DNA from: an uncultured delta proteobacterium
GTDB lineage: Bacteria; Desulfobacterota; Binatia; UBA9968
Direction: 5' to 3'
Assembly: GCA_963840855.1 (NCBI GenBank)
Contig: CAWJBB010000085.1
Span: forward strand, 64,001 to 128,000
DNA length: 64,000 nt
Part shown: piece after piece, positions 1 through 11,778 of the stretch
How the letters are laid out: each line of letters begins with the position of its first letter
How positions within the stretch are numbered: position 1 is the first letter of the stretch
The notes under the pieces: generated by a model
What the model was told of the DNA's origin: nothing
Database searches by the model: none
Seen by the model: the letters and a program-made list of their open reading frames with translations, nothing else
Made by a program: the position numbers and the translations under genes

Positions 1-75
1 TGGTTAAATGTTTTCTTTTGGTTGCGGCTCCGCCGCGCTAAGATAAACGGGTCTCACGAAAGGAATTCGCTGCCA

Positions 76-1679
76 ATGGACAAGAAGCCGAACTTTCTTT
101 TTTTCATCACCGACCAGCATCGCGCCGATCATCTGGGCTGCTACGGCAACCCCGTGGTCAAGACTCCGAATATCGACGGCCTGGCGGCGCGCGGCACTCG
201 CTTCGATCGCTTCTACACGGCGACACCGATCTGTATGCCCAACCGCGCCACACTCATGACCGGGCGCATGCCGTCGCTGCACGGCGCGCGCCACAACGGC
301 ATCCCGCTGTCGATGAATGCGACGACCTTCGTCGACATCATGCGCGCCGCGGGTTACGACACAGCGCTCGTCGGCAAGTGCCACTTGCAAAGCATCAGCG
401 GCGGCCTTCCCACCATCGGCATGCCGGACCCGATCCAAACAAAGTCCGCCCGCCGGAACATTTGCGCGAAGCCGACCGTACCTGGCCATCCCATGGCCGC
501 TACGACCAGGAGCTACGCTCCACCTGGCGCGACGATGCCAATTTCGAGCTAAATCTGCCCTACTATGGCTTCAGCCACGTCGAGCTCGCCGTGGGTCATG
601 GCGACGCGGTGGTCGGCCATTACGAAAGATGGTTGAATGCGCGCCATGGCGATGCCGAATCGTTGCGCGGGCGCAAAAACCAGTTACCGGGTAACGATTA
701 CGTTGCGCCCCAGGCCTGGCGCACGCGCGTTCCCGAAGAGCTTTATCCGACGAGCTACGTCGCCGAGCGCGCGATTGCGTATCTGGAACAGCATGCGCGC
801 AGCGGCGGTAAACCATTCTTCATTCAATGTTCTTTTCCCGACCCGCATCACCCTTTTACACCGCCGGGCAAGTACTGGGACATGTATGATCCCCGAGAGG
901 TCAATTTATCGCCGTCATACAACACCGGTGAACATTCCTTGCCGCCGCATTTGCAGCAGCTGTACACCGAGCGGGAACAGGGTAAAGCCAACCGCGACGG
1001 ACAGCGCACCTTCGCCGTCACCGAGCGGGAAGCGCGCGAAGCCATCGCCCTCACCTACGGTATGATCACGATGATCGACGACGCCATCGGGCGAATCCTG
1101 CAACGCCTTAGCGCATTGGGGCTCTCGGACAATACGGTCGTGATTTTCAACGCCGACCACGGCGACTTCATGGGCGATCACCAACTGTTGCTAAAAGGCG
1201 CGCTCCACTACCAGGCGCTGGTGCGCGTGCCGTTCATCTGGCGCGATCCCGCGGCCAAAAATCAAGGACTGGTGAACTCCGGTCTGTGCGGCACCCTCGA
1301 TCTGGCGCGCACAATCCTCGACCGCGCCAATCTTGAAGGCCATAACGGCATGCAGGGCGTGAGTTTATTATCCGCTGCGGAAGGAAACGAAACCGGCCAC
1401 GATTCGCTGGTCATCGAAGAACACCAGCGGCGAGGCTATATGGGCTTTAAAAATAACTTTCGCGCCCGGTCATTGATCACCGAAGATCACCGGCTCACGC
1501 TGTACGAGGGAGTGGATTGGGGCGAGCTGTACAACCTCGAGAACGATCCACTGGAATCCAGAAATCTCTGGCACGAGTCAAGCGCAGCGAACATGCGCCA
1601 TGAACTGACGGAAAGACTCGCCCGTAAATTAATGGAGCTAGCTGATACCAGCCCGCTGGCAACCCATCACGGGCCATGA
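76..1679 (+). CDS. Sulfatase family protein, split by a 1-nt frameshift near 425-432
   Basis: N-terminal KPNFLFFITDQHRADH, formylglycine motif CMPNR and VGKCHL in ORF 22..552; PDPHHP, NADHGD and GELYNLENDP in ORF 378..1679. Confidence 0.85.
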
Positions 1680-1703
1680 TCGATGCGCCGGCTGGCGCAT
1701 CGG

Positions 1704-1885
1704 GTTCAAACCGTTCCAGACGTTCAAATCGTTCAAAACGTCTTCAGAGATAAATCTGAAGAAAAATCTAATATTATTTAAAGTGCCACTTCAGTTCTTA
1801 AACCGGACAAGCGATCTCCCTCATACCGTAGTATGATCGCTCTTACGGATCTTCATCGGCTTGAACGATTTGAACTACTTGAACC
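1704..1885. repeat. REP/MITE-like element bounded by inverted GTTCAA/TTGAAC short-period repeats
   Basis: gttcaaaccgttccagacgttcaaatcgttcaaaacg at left and ttgaacgatttgaactacttgaac at right, between convergent genes. Confidence 0.5.
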
Positions 1886-1894
1886 AGCGGCTTC

Positions 1895-2725
1895 TTAGCC
1901 GCTGAGTCGCTTAGGTTTCACCGCCGCCGCGATCAGCGCCGGCATGGGTAATTCAACGGCATCACCCTTGGCGTACTTCTCCACATCGACCCGCATTGCG
2001 TCGCGGATCCTATCCAACACCCCGGGCTTCTGCGCGCGCAGCAAACCCGCCGTGCGCACGGTGCTGTCTTTCATCGCTTCGAAGAGTCCGTCTCCGGCCG
2101 GCAAACGCCAAACCTGCGCTACTTTGGTTATCGTCGGAGTTTCGAAACCCGCCGCCAGCAGCCCGCGGACACTTTCTTCGGGATCGCTGTAGCGAAAAAA
2201 CGGCGGCCCCTCGGGCAACGCGATCCGCGGCTCTCCATGATTTGCCACCGCGCGCAGCACAATGCCAAAGCCGATGGTTTCCTCGGGCTTCGCCCAGACG
2301 CTGAAGGCAAAGCGCCCGCCGGCGCGAAGAACGCGCCAAGCTTCGGCGAGCGCCTGCTCCGGCCTGCCGAGATGAAGAATACCGAAGTTCATCACCGCCG
2401 CATCGAACAGCCCGTTGCCAAGCGGCAACTGTTCGGCGTCGCCTTCGCGAAAATCGATACTGGGATGGAACTGTTGGGCATGCGCCACCATCGCTGCGGA
2501 AAAATCCACGCCCAGGACAGTAGCACCTCGACGCGCCGCCGCGGCTGCCACGTAACCCGGCCCGGAGGCGATATCGAGAAACTTATCGCCCCTCTTTATA
2601 TCAACCGCGTCCAATAACGAGGTGATCGCCTGCGTGGTGAGCTGGCCGAAGGCTTGATGATATTGATTGGGAATCGCTTCCCAACCAGCATGTTCAAAGT
2701 CGAAGAAAGATTCCGCGCCGGGCAT
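1895..2725 (-). CDS. Class I SAM-dependent methyltransferase (UbiE-like)
   Basis: LDIASGPG motif I, GDAEQLP, FDAAVMNFG, VLRAGGRF; likely start MPGAES. Confidence 0.85.
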   Translation of the reverse strand: MPGAESFFDFEHAGWEAIPNQYHQAFGQLTTQAITSLLDAVDIKRGDKFLDIASGPGYVAAAAARRGATVLGVDFSAAMVAHAQQFHPSIDFREGDAEQLPLGNGLFDAAVMNFGILHLGRPEQALAEAWRVLRAGGRFAFSVWAKPEETIGFGIVLRAVANHGEPRIALPEGPPFFRYSDPEESVRGLLAAGFETPTITKVAQVWRLPAGDGLFEAMKDSTVRTAGLLRAQKPGVLDRIRDAMRVDVEKYAKGDAVELPMPALIAAAVKPKRLSG

Positions 2726-2954
2726 GGAGAAAACGGCGCATGAATTGCGCCGTGGCTGGTACAATGGCTTATTTCCCACGAAAAGCAAAGAGACAAGCGG
2801 TATTCGCAAGCTCCGATCCGCCGGACGAATCGCGTCTGAATCTAATATGGGATTGCTAGACGAGGTTCACATGCGGTTGCGAAACGCAACCTTGTATTCA
2901 GGTCCCGTTCGTCCTATTTTTAGCATCCGGTGACTAACTCCCAGGAGGTGTCAT

Positions 2955-3791
2955 ATGCCACGGTATCTCGTTTTGGCCAACCAAACCGCGTCGAGCCCAG
3001 AGCTATCTAACGCCGTTCGGGAAATCGTTGAAAAGGAGCGAGATACGGAGTTTGTATTGCTAGTTCCTGCAACACCGGTGGAGGATCTGCTCGATTGGCA
3101 GGATGGCGATAATCAGTCGATAGCCAAGCGGACGGCCCAAGCCGCGAAGGAGCATTTGGAACGAGAGGGCGCGAAAGTCGTCCGAACGGAAGTCGGTGAT
3201 CCCTCGCCTGTAAAAGCTATCGAGGACGAGTTGCAACGCCACCAAGAAAAATACAAGGCCATTCTTATCTCGACCCTTCCCCTGCAAAGGTCCCGCTGGG
3301 TGGCCCTTGACCAGCCTCGGCGCATAGAGCGTCGCTTCAAATTGCCCGTCATACACGTTGTCGGTCATTCCGTAACCATGACTCGCGAGGAGCTCATAAA
3401 TGGCTTGAACGAAGATCTCAACCTCGAACTCGAGACGATTCTCAGGAGCGTATATCATGCTGCTGCGGGTCGCGGTATGCTCGGCCACGAGCTTCGGGAG
3501 TTAATGAAAAAAGAAATGCCGAGTGAGCTAGAGCACGCCATGTTTCTGGCCGACAAGATTGTCGCGCTCGGCGGCGAGGTGCGTATCCGGCCAGCCGTAC
3601 CCGGAGAATTGGGAGCCGCCCGGCAACTTTTACAGGAGAATATCGCTGCCGAACGCGAGATCATAAGTAACTACTCGAAACGTATCGACCAGGCATCGGA
3701 GTTTGGCGACAAAGGTTTGGTGATACGGTTAGAGGATATGCTCGCATCGGAAACCGACCATCTCGAGCAGCTCGAACGACTGGCGCGATAG
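2955..3791 (+). CDS. USP-like domain fused to a ferritin/bacterioferritin-like domain
   Basis: N-terminal YLVLANQT...GDPSP...ILISTLP; C-terminal LNEDLNLE...ELEHA...IVALGGE...ETDH di-iron pattern; RBS AGGAGG. Confidence 0.7.
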   Translation: MPRYLVLANQTASSPELSNAVREIVEKERDTEFVLLVPATPVEDLLDWQDGDNQSIAKRTAQAAKEHLEREGAKVVRTEVGDPSPVKAIEDELQRHQEKYKAILISTLPLQRSRWVALDQPRRIERRFKLPVIHVVGHSVTMTREELINGLNEDLNLELETILRSVYHAAAGRGMLGHELRELMKKEMPSELEHAMFLADKIVALGGEVRIRPAVPGELGAARQLLQENIAAEREIISNYSKRIDQASEFGDKGLVIRLEDMLASETDHLEQLERLAR

Positions 3792-3835
3792 TTAGTGGCA
3801 AAATTCGCTCGAGTTAAGCCCTAGCCAAAGCCGCT

Positions 3836-4987
3836 TCATCTGGTTAAAGTCAACTGCTCGCGGGCCTCGATTACGCGCCGAGCCGCTTCTTCGGAGCTGT
3901 CCGATAGCGCCGTGAGATGGCCCATTTTTCTGCCCGGACGCGGCTCGATCTTACCATAGAGATGCAACTTGACATCCGGCGCGGCGCAGGCCGCGGCCCA
4001 GTTCGGCTCGCCGCTTTGCCAAAGATCACCCAGCAGATTGGCCATGGCCGCGGCGGAAAAAAATTCTGTGGAACCGAGCGGCAAACCGCACACGGCGCGC
4101 AGTTGCTGTTCAAACTGGCTGGTGCGCGCGGCGTTGATCGTCAAATGGCCCGAGTTATGCGGTCGCGGCGCAAGTTCGTTGACGAGAATCTCGTGCTTTC
4201 GAGTGAGAAAAAATTCGATGCAAAGCACGCCGATGAAGTCCAATTTTTCGACCAGCGACCGCGCGATCTCAACGGCGCGAGAGACAACCTTGGCGGGCAT
4301 TGCAGCCGGAGCGAAGGATAGATCGAGGATATGATGGCGGTGCTGATTTTCAATGGCGCCCCAATGCGCGAAGGAGCCGTCGACGCCCCGGGCGGCGACG
4401 ACGGAAAACTCCAGTTCGAATTCGACGACGGCCTCGACGATCAATTCCTGCTGCCCGGTGTTGTGAAACGCGGCTTCAGCCTCGGCGAAGCTATGAACCT
4501 TCGCTTGTCCTTTGCCGTCATATCCGGAACCGGCGGTTTTTAGAATCGCCGGGCAGCCGATACTCTCCACTGCCGCGCGCAGTTCATCCAAATTCCGCGC
4601 CGGCAGAAACTTCGTCGTGGGGAAGCCGTTTTGCGACAGGAAAGTTTTCTCGCGCAGGCGATGCTGCGTCGTATGCAATATCGATCCGCCGGGGCGCACC
4701 GGCGCGAACTGCGCGGCGGCCTCAACGCAGGCCGCCGGCACGTTCTCGAACTCAAAGGTAACCACCGCTACTTTTTGGGCGAACTTTTTAACGGCGTCGA
4801 GATCCTGATAGGACGCGGCAATCTCGACGTCGGCAACCTGGCCCGTCGGCGTATCGGTCTCCGGCGAATAGGTATTTACCCGGTAGCCCATCTGCCGGGC
4901 GGCGATGGCGAACATGCGGCCCAACTGGCCGCTGCCTAGAACGCCGATGACGGCGCCGGGTAAAATCGCAGACGGGGTACGGTTCAC
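3836..4987 (-). CDS. purK: N5-carboxyaminoimidazole ribonucleotide synthase
   Basis: [43 protein letters not shown]. Confidence 0.97.
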   Translation of the reverse strand: MNRTPSAILPGAVIGVLGSGQLGRMFAIAARQMGYRVNTYSPETDTPTGQVADVEIAASYQDLDAVKKFAQKVAVVTFEFENVPAACVEAAAQFAPVRPGGSILHTTQHRLREKTFLSQNGFPTTKFLPARNLDELRAAVESIGCPAILKTAGSGYDGKGQAKVHSFAEAEAAFHNTGQQELIVEAVVEFELEFSVVAARGVDGSFAHWGAIENQHRHHILDLSFAPAAMPAKVVSRAVEIARSLVEKLDFIGVLCIEFFLTRKHEILVNELAPRPHNSGHLTINAARTSQFEQQLRAVCGLPLGSTEFFSAAAMANLLGDLWQSGEPNWAAACAAPDVKLHLYGKIEPRPGRKMGHLTALSDSSEEAARRVIEAREQLTLTR

Positions 4988-5478
4988 GGGACTTTTTGTT
5001 GCAGCACGCCGTCGGTTTGTTTGGCGCGGAACTGGCGCAACTTTTCACGCAACTCCGGACGGGAGTTTGCCAAAATGGCGATGGCGAGCAGCGCGGCGTT
5101 AATGGCGCCGGCCTTGCCTATGGCCAGCGTCCCGACGGGAATGCCGCCGGGCATCTGGACTATCGATAGCAACGAGTCCACGCCCTTCAGCGCCTGGCTC
5201 TCCACCGGCACGCCGAGCACGGGAACCAGCGTCTGCGCCGCGGCCATGCCGGGAAGATGGGCCGCGCCGCCGGCGCCGGCGATGATCACTTCGATGCCGC
5301 GGGACTCCGCCTGGGAAGCGAATTCCGCCAGCCACGCCGGCGTGCGGTGCGCCGAAACGATCTGGCATTCATGCGGCAATTCGAACTCCTTCAGCATCGT
5401 CGCCGCGTGCTGCATCGTGTCCCAGTCGGATCGACTGCCCATGATAACGGCGACCAGCGGTTTGGGTTCTTTAGCCAT
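4984..5478 (-). CDS. purE: N5-carboxyaminoimidazole ribonucleotide mutase
   Basis: [37 protein letters not shown]; overlaps the purK start. Confidence 0.97.
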   Translation of the reverse strand: MAKEPKPLVAVIMGSRSDWDTMQHAATMLKEFELPHECQIVSAHRTPAWLAEFASQAESRGIEVIIAGAGGAAHLPGMAAAQTLVPVLGVPVESQALKGVDSLLSIVQMPGGIPVGTLAIGKAGAINAALLAIAILANSRPELREKLRQFRAKQTDGVLQQKVP

Positions 5479-5594
5479 TGTCAGAGCGTCTCCAGCCATT
5501 CCTACGTTAAGGGATAACCCAATTTTTCTCCGATACCAAGTAATTGCCACCCGGGACGTTCAATGCGACGGGCACGGGACATCCCTAGCATGAA

Positions 5595-7310
5595 CTACAA
5601 ATTTTGAATCGCAAATTTCCTCGCGACAAAGGTCGCTCCCATGAGACCGAAAATAAGCAAGACCCCAAGTGACGCGGTTGCCGCAACGTCGCCATTACTC
5701 CACAGTTCCCAGACAAGCACCGAAAGCACGATGCTGTCGTGGCTGTAGAGCATGATGACGGATCCCATGGCCTTGGCCACGACAATCGCCGAAAAGATCC
5801 ATCCGTTGACCAGAGCCGGCAGCAAGAGCGGCAACGTTATTTTCCTGAAAGTCCCAAACCATGACCCGCCGCTGGCGTAGGAAGCCTCTTCGAGCTCCTT
5901 GTGAAGCTGGGTCATGGCCGCATTCATCACCCGGGTGCCGAACGCAATTCGACTCGTGACATAGGCGATAAGTAGAATCCAAATCGTGCCGTAGATCGGC
6001 AACGGAAGAAATATATACACCCACATGAGCGCCACTCCAGTGACGATCCCAGGTATCGCGTGCGGCATGAAGGTGAGGAAATCGAGGACCTTGCGGCCTC
6101 TGCCGCGACTCTTAACGATGATCCACGAGAGCACCGAGCAAATGAGCATGGTGATCGTCGGCGCCAGGAGAACCAAAATCAACGTGTTCTTGAAGGCCAG
6201 TGCGACCTTCGAAATTTGGAACACGGTGCGATAATTGTCCAGGGACATTCTGCTCAATGCCGCCATCGACGGCGCCTGGTAGATCGGTAGCACCGACGTC
6301 CAAATCAGCACGAGCAGCGGCAAGATAATAGTAACGACAAAATAGGTCGCCACGAGACCCAGCGCGAAAAACCTCCAGGGCCCCAAATCGATCAGCTTCG
6401 CGCGATAAGCCTTTCCAGTGATGGTTGCATACTTATCGGCGTCGCGGGAAAGCTTGCTGTACGAAGCGATCAAAATAGCGCTTATGACAAGGAGTAAGAT
6501 CGCGAGGGTGCTGAGCATTCCGTAATCGGGCGGCGATTCCTGCTTCGCGAGATAGATCTTGAAAGCCAGAACGTGTATACCCGCGCGCATGCCGATGACC
6601 CCAGGGACCTCGAAAGATTCCATCGCGGAGATGAGCACGTAGATGAGCGCGCCTAAAATCGACGGGCGCAACACCCGCAAGGTAATTCGATAGAGTGTCG
6701 TCAAAAAACCCGCTCCCACCGCGTCTGACGCTTCTTCGAGGGCAGGGTCCATTCGACGAAACGAACCGGCCAACATGAGAAACGCGACCGGCGTGAGATG
6801 CAGGCCTTCGAGGAAAATCATTCCCCAGAGGTTGTAAACGTCAAACGGCGCTTGCTCGAGTCGCAGCGCGTGTTTCAACGCCAAATTGATCACGCCGGCG
6901 CCCGGGCTTAATAACAGAACCCAGGCAATCGAGAACAGCACTCCAGGGATGGCGATGGGCACAAGAAAGAGCGGATAAAACCAATCCTTGCCGGGCAGGT
7001 TGGTTCGTTCGACTAGCCAGGCGAAGATGACTCCAAGAAAAAGCGCGACGGCGGCCGAGCCGGACGCGAACACCAGGGTGTTGCGCAGAAGCTCGTAGGT
7101 GCCCGGGTTGGCATAGGCGCGCGCATAGTTGGAAAAAGTCAGTTCCGCGGGCATACCGATTTGCCCCGTGCGGAAGCTCGTCCACAACAGAAACACAAGG
7201 GGAATCACCACCAGATAGACGGTGACGGCGAGAACAGGACCGATGACCCACGTTCTCGAATCCCACTTGAACGCGCTGACAAGCGGAAAGATTTGTCTTT
7301 CGGCCCTCAC
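5595..7310 (-). CDS. ABC transporter permease, FbpB/iron-type, two fused membrane domains
   Basis: Many hydrophobic helices; two EAA loops (LEEASDAVGA, LEEASYASGG). Confidence 0.9.
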   Translation of the reverse strand: MRAERQIFPLVSAFKWDSRTWVIGPVLAVTVYLVVIPLVFLLWTSFRTGQIGMPAELTFSNYARAYANPGTYELLRNTLVFASGSAAVALFLGVIFAWLVERTNLPGKDWFYPLFLVPIAIPGVLFSIAWVLLLSPGAGVINLALKHALRLEQAPFDVYNLWGMIFLEGLHLTPVAFLMLAGSFRRMDPALEEASDAVGAGFLTTLYRITLRVLRPSILGALIYVLISAMESFEVPGVIGMRAGIHVLAFKIYLAKQESPPDYGMLSTLAILLLVISAILIASYSKLSRDADKYATITGKAYRAKLIDLGPWRFFALGLVATYFVVTIILPLLVLIWTSVLPIYQAPSMAALSRMSLDNYRTVFQISKVALAFKNTLILVLLAPTITMLICSVLSWIIVKSRGRGRKVLDFLTFMPHAIPGIVTGVALMWVYIFLPLPIYGTIWILLIAYVTSRIAFGTRVMNAAMTQLHKELEEASYASGGSWFGTFRKITLPLLLPALVNGWIFSAIVVAKAMGSVIMLYSHDSIVLSVLVWELWSNGDVAATASLGVLLIFGLMGATFVARKFAIQNL

Positions 7311-7456
7311 GTTAGGCGGTCTTTCAGGTTACCTTGAAACTGTTTAGCGTGTTGTTTGTATTGCAGCGGGCAATTTAATCATGGGGTTTTAAAGAGGGAG
7401 CCGGCGTCCCCATTGTTGAAGGGCTGGGCGCAAACCCGCCCGCGCAGTGGTCGCCT

Positions 7457-8476
7457 TCATTTGATGCCAAATTTGTTTCTCAACTCTTGCTGGAATTCCT
7501 TACTCGAGTTGTAAAAAACATCGTCTTCGTAAACAAATCTGAGCCCCTTGATGATCTGTGCTTGTTTTGAGTTGCTGCCCGCGGCGGGGTTGCCTTTGTT
7601 GAGCACTTCGTCGATGGCTTTTTCCCCTTCTGGAGAATAAACCCAGTCGAGCCATACCAACGCGGCATTAGGATGAGGCGGGTTAACGCTCAGAAAGCTC
7701 TTTGGCCCCTTGCCGATCAGCGGATTCGCTTTGACCAGTTCGATGGCAGCGCCTTTTTCTTTGTTGGCCATCGCTCTGAAGAGAAACGCCTCGGCAGTGA
7801 TGTGTAGATCACCCGCGCCGACGAGGGTGAGCGCGGGCGTCCACGCGAGGATCTTGGGTTGATTCGCCGCCAGCCGCGTCACGTAGTTGAGAGTCTTTTC
7901 TTTGCCCCAAACGTTAGGCTGGGCGAAAACCACCCACATGTCCATGATATCGGGCACGGCGATCTTCCCTTTCCATTTGGGATCGAGAAGATCTTCCCAG
8001 GATTTGGGCGCGTCTTTGGCCGAGACGAGCTGCGTGTTGTAAACGGGAATGCTCACGTTGAAGCCAAACGGCGCGTAATAGCCATTGGGGTCTCTCGCTT
8101 CGGCGGGAAGCCGCGAGAGACCGGGAACGGACCACTTCTGCATGATACCGGCCTTGACCCAGTCCTGCGCGGCCCGCCCGCCGCCCGTGACCACGTCCCA
8201 GCTGAACTTCTTGGCCGTAAATTCTGCCCAGACCCGTTCCTGGGTCGCCTTGCTGGAAGTGTTCCACTGCTCCACCGCGACGAAAGGATATTTCTGATTG
8301 AATCGCTTGATAAACTCACGATCCTCAGCTTCCGTGCCGCCGCCCCACCAAACCAGTTTGCCCTCGGCCTTGGCTTTTTCGACCACGTCCGGCGCCGGAG
8401 CGCCATGCGCGAGGGTAGTCACTAGACCAAGTATCAAGCAAAAAATCGTCACGCCCATCGGTGAGTTCTCCTTCAA
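7457..8476 (-). CDS. ABC transporter substrate-binding protein (AfuA/iron-type)
   Basis: Signal peptide, AKAEGKLV, PKSWEDLLDPKWKGK, PHPNAALVWLDW. Confidence 0.85.
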   Translation of the reverse strand: MKENSPMGVTIFCLILGLVTTLAHGAPAPDVVEKAKAEGKLVWWGGGTEAEDREFIKRFNQKYPFVAVEQWNTSSKATQERVWAEFTAKKFSWDVVTGGGRAAQDWVKAGIMQKWSVPGLSRLPAEARDPNGYYAPFGFNVSIPVYNTQLVSAKDAPKSWEDLLDPKWKGKIAVPDIMDMWVVFAQPNVWGKEKTLNYVTRLAANQPKILAWTPALTLVGAGDLHITAEAFLFRAMANKEKGAAIELVKANPLIGKGPKSFLSVNPPHPNAALVWLDWVYSPEGEKAIDEVLNKGNPAAGSNSKQAQIIKGLRFVYEDDVFYNSSKEFQQELRNKFGIK

Positions 8477-8690
8477 TATAGTTTCGGGTTTCGTGGCAGC
8501 AACCAGGAACAGTCCCGAGTCCAGAGTCTAACAGATGGTCCGAAACCGTGAACCGCCAACAGATTGTAATTCCACTTGCCGACTCTTTCGTTGTTCCTGT
8601 TCGTCCTGGAACTGCAAACCAAAGCGAGTTTGGAGTCAGCTTGAGACTTCAGCCACGCTCCGCGGGCCGCATTGCGCGCGCGCCGTCGCA

Positions 8691-9575
8691 CTAAATCAAA
8701 CACCAGGGAGGTGGATGGCCATCGGCGCCAGCGAGTTGCATCACCAGCAACGTGGCGCCCTTGGCGCTCGACGTTGCCGGATAGGGAACATGCGCCGGAA
8801 AATACATGCACGAAATTGCGCTATAGGATTGTCCCTGAAAAGCGATTTCGCCTTCGATAACGTAGCGCACCTGCTGACATGGCGCCGTACCCGGCAACGT
8901 GCTGGCGCCGGCGTCGATTTTGACCATTTTGATATTCGGCCCGACCTCGTTGAAATAGCCGAGGTGCCGCACCGCTACTCCTGACGCGCCATCCAGTGGA
9001 CTCCATGGATATTCGTTGGAATGCATCACCACGTACTCGTCGTACCTGGCTTTAGGATACTCGATTTCTTTGCCGCCGAGATATTCGCGAATCGCTTCGG
9101 CGCTGTCTTGCTTGCGCCCGTTGGGCCAAATAAAGATGCCCTTGTCGTCGAACGTGCCGCCCAGTTCGCGCAACGCCAGCTCCCCTTTCTGAACCTCCAC
9201 CCGCTGGAAAAACGGCCGCTTGGACGGACCCTGAAACTGCATCCCGAGGCGCACATTCTCATCACAACCCGCAGCGGTGAAGGTCGGACCGTAGGAAACT
9301 CCCTCAGGGAAATACACGCAATCCCCGGGGCCGAAAACTTGCTTGCTGTAGTTCTCTCCTCCGCGCGCGTAGTAGCGAACCTGGTCGAAATCATGCTTAT
9401 GGCGCGGGTTGAGACGCTCGGAAGTGTAGACCGACATGCTCGCGTTAAGGCAAACGCCTTGGGCGCGATCGAAAAAACCAAAGTTTTTGCCTTTGCGTCC
9501 GCCGCCGCGATGTCCGACAACTTGACCAAAAGCGATATTCTCTCCAGGAACGATGACCGGACCGGTAATAGCCAT
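8691..9575 (-). CDS. Cupin-like hypothetical protein
   Basis: PRHKHDFDQVRY and GDCVYFPEGVSYGP cupin-like motifs; RBS AGGAG. Confidence 0.6.
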   Translation of the reverse strand: MAITGPVIVPGENIAFGQVVGHRGGGRKGKNFGFFDRAQGVCLNASMSVYTSERLNPRHKHDFDQVRYYARGGENYSKQVFGPGDCVYFPEGVSYGPTFTAAGCDENVRLGMQFQGPSKRPFFQRVEVQKGELALRELGGTFDDKGIFIWPNGRKQDSAEAIREYLGGKEIEYPKARYDEYVVMHSNEYPWSPLDGASGVAVRHLGYFNEVGPNIKMVKIDAGASTLPGTAPCQQVRYVIEGEIAFQGQSYSAISCMYFPAHVPYPATSSAKGATLLVMQLAGADGHPPPWCLI

Positions 9576-9917
9576 TGAATCAATTCTCCTTCGTTATATT
9601 TTTGTTGTGGTTGTCTAATACTTCTTATCACTCAGCGGCGAACAAATTGTCAAGCTGCTGCATCACTGGGTGGTGAGTCCGGCATGACAGCAGGCGCCCC
9701 TTATCGACGGATCAGGTGGTGAGCTGTTTCGTTGACAACCCATATGTTTAAGCGATAAGTCCGGCACCCCGCTAATGCCGGAAGAGCTGGCGGGCGCAAT
9801 CAAAGGAATACCTCGAAACGCCGGGGTCGCGGACCTGATTAAGAAGCTTTCCGGTTCCGGACCACTGCCGCAACGGTAAGCCCGGTTAGGAATGTATCTC
9901 AACCGTCATGTCAGAAC

Positions 9918-10752
9918 CTAATCCTGAGCTTTCAGCAAACCTAAAAGGCGGGATTGGCTGCGCAGCTTTTTGCGAATGTCGGTGAGCTCGATAATTAACG
10001 GCCCCGAAAAGCGGATGCCGCGGAGCAACTGGATAACCTGGGCAAAATCCACCGTGCCGTGCCCAATTGTCAGGTGTTGATCCACGGTTCCGTGGTTGTC
10101 AGAGAGTTGCACCTCGCGAATTCGCTCGGGAAAGGATCGAACAAATCGTCCGACTCCCCCGGGGAGGAGGTGGCAATGAGCCACGTCGAGAGCCAGGCCC
10201 AGGTATGGAGATCGGATGCGGCGAAAGAGTTGAGTGAACTCCTCCACCGTCACTCCGAGGTATTGGAACTCCGAGTCCGCGGGCAGGCGGTTCATGTTCT
10301 CGATCACCAGCGGCACCCGCTGTCGCTCAGCATACTCGACAGCACGAGCAAAGGTCTCGCACAGAGCCTTCCACACGCTTTTGAGATAGACGCTGAAGTG
10401 GAACCCACAGTGGATAACCAGGTACTCGCAGCCCGAGTGCCGCCGCGAGATCAATGTACTCTTTTAGATGTTCCTCGGCGGCCTTGCGGACCTGCGGCAT
10501 GATCTCTGCGCTATTGACGAAGGAGGCGGAGTGGAGACCGCATCGCACTGCCGAGCGCTCCATGAGGCGCCGGACACGGAGGATCCTCTCGCGGTCGAAG
10601 GTCTGGGGAAAGTTCACCGGATTCTGGCAACCGAACTCGAGCCATGAGACATGGTGCCGCCGGGCCAGCGGAAAATAACGCTCCACGGGCCCGGAGGACG
10701 CGGCAAAGCCAATCTGCGTCGGTTGCAGGTAAGGCAGCGAAGTGCGCGGCAT
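9918..10752 (-). CDS. Sugar phosphate isomerase/epimerase (xylose-isomerase-like TIM barrel), frameshifted near 10435
   Basis: GLHSAS then LVIHCG, IENM, LDVAH, LSDNHG..DQHL, IIE across ORFs 10327..10815 and 9918..10454. Confidence 0.75.
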
Positions 10753-10756
10753 CGGT

Positions 10757-11755
10757 CTAGTTGCGCTTGCGCAACCCAAGCTCGTCGATGATCTTGACGA
10801 AGCTTTGTTCCTCACCGGCGAGGAATTTCCGGAAGTCGGCCGGGCCGAGGTAGGCGTCCACTGCCTTCGCGTTTTTGTTAAACGTCTTCCACGAATCGGC
10901 CGCCATAGCTTTCTGGAACGCCTCGGCGAGAATCCGAATCCGCTCGGCGGGAGTGCCCTTCGGCGCCAGGACGCTCCGCCATTGCACCATCACGACATCC
11001 GATCCTTTTTCCTTCAAGGTCGGCACGTCGGGAAATATCGCGCTCCGCTTCTCACTGGCGACCGCAATGGGAACCATCTTCTTCGCCTCGATGTGCTGGA
11101 AGTATTCGGAGATGTTACCGACGAGCACCTCAGCGTTCTTGCCGAGGAAAGCCAGAGTGGCCGGCCCGCCCCCTTCGTGGGGAATATACTCGACATCGAT
11201 CCCGGCCAACTTCTTCCACGAGAGGATAACGAAGCTATCGATCCCGCCGATTGCGGAGCCGGCGACGCGTAATTTCTTTGGGTTGGCTTTCGCATACGCG
11301 ACGAGCTGGTCAATTGTTTTCCACGGCGCATCCGGGTGGACCAGAAGCCACTCCTCCTCCGCGTGGATCCGGGCGATCGGCTCAAAGGCATCCCACTTGA
11401 GCGCCGGCTGATTGGTGATCGTCGGCGTGATGATTGAAGAACCGGCATGAGCGAAGAGGATCGTGTAGCCATCGGCGGGCCGGCTGGCGGCATAAGCGTT
11501 GGCGGCCGTGCCTCCGGCGCCGGGGCGATTCTCCACCACGACGGGCTGCGGGATGGAGGTCTTCGCAGCTTCCGTGAGGGCGCGCGCGAACACATCCGCC
11601 CCTCCACCGGGGGCAAAGCCTACGACGAACGTGATCGGGCGCGTCGGATAATCGACGCGCGGCGCCTGCGCTACGGCTGGAGTCGCGGGCATCGCAGAAA
11701 CAAAAAATGCCGTAAAAAGTACTAGCGTAACATCTATGATTGGCCGCTTATTCAT
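10757..11755 (-). CDS. tctC: Tripartite tricarboxylate transporter substrate-binding protein
   Basis: YPTRPITFVVGFAPGGGAD, VENRPGAGG, PDVPTLKE. Confidence 0.9.
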   Translation of the reverse strand: MNKRPIIDVTLVLFTAFFVSAMPATPAVAQAPRVDYPTRPITFVVGFAPGGGADVFARALTEAAKTSIPQPVVVENRPGAGGTAANAYAASRPADGYTILFAHAGSSIITPTITNQPALKWDAFEPIARIHAEEEWLLVHPDAPWKTIDQLVAYAKANPKKLRVAGSAIGGIDSFVILSWKKLAGIDVEYIPHEGGGPATLAFLGKNAEVLVGNISEYFQHIEAKKMVPIAVASEKRSAIFPDVPTLKEKGSDVVMVQWRSVLAPKGTPAERIRILAEAFQKAMAADSWKTFNKNAKAVDAYLGPADFRKFLAGEEQSFVKIIDELGLRKRN

Positions 11756-11778
11756 AACGTCTTTCCTCCTTTGTTTGA

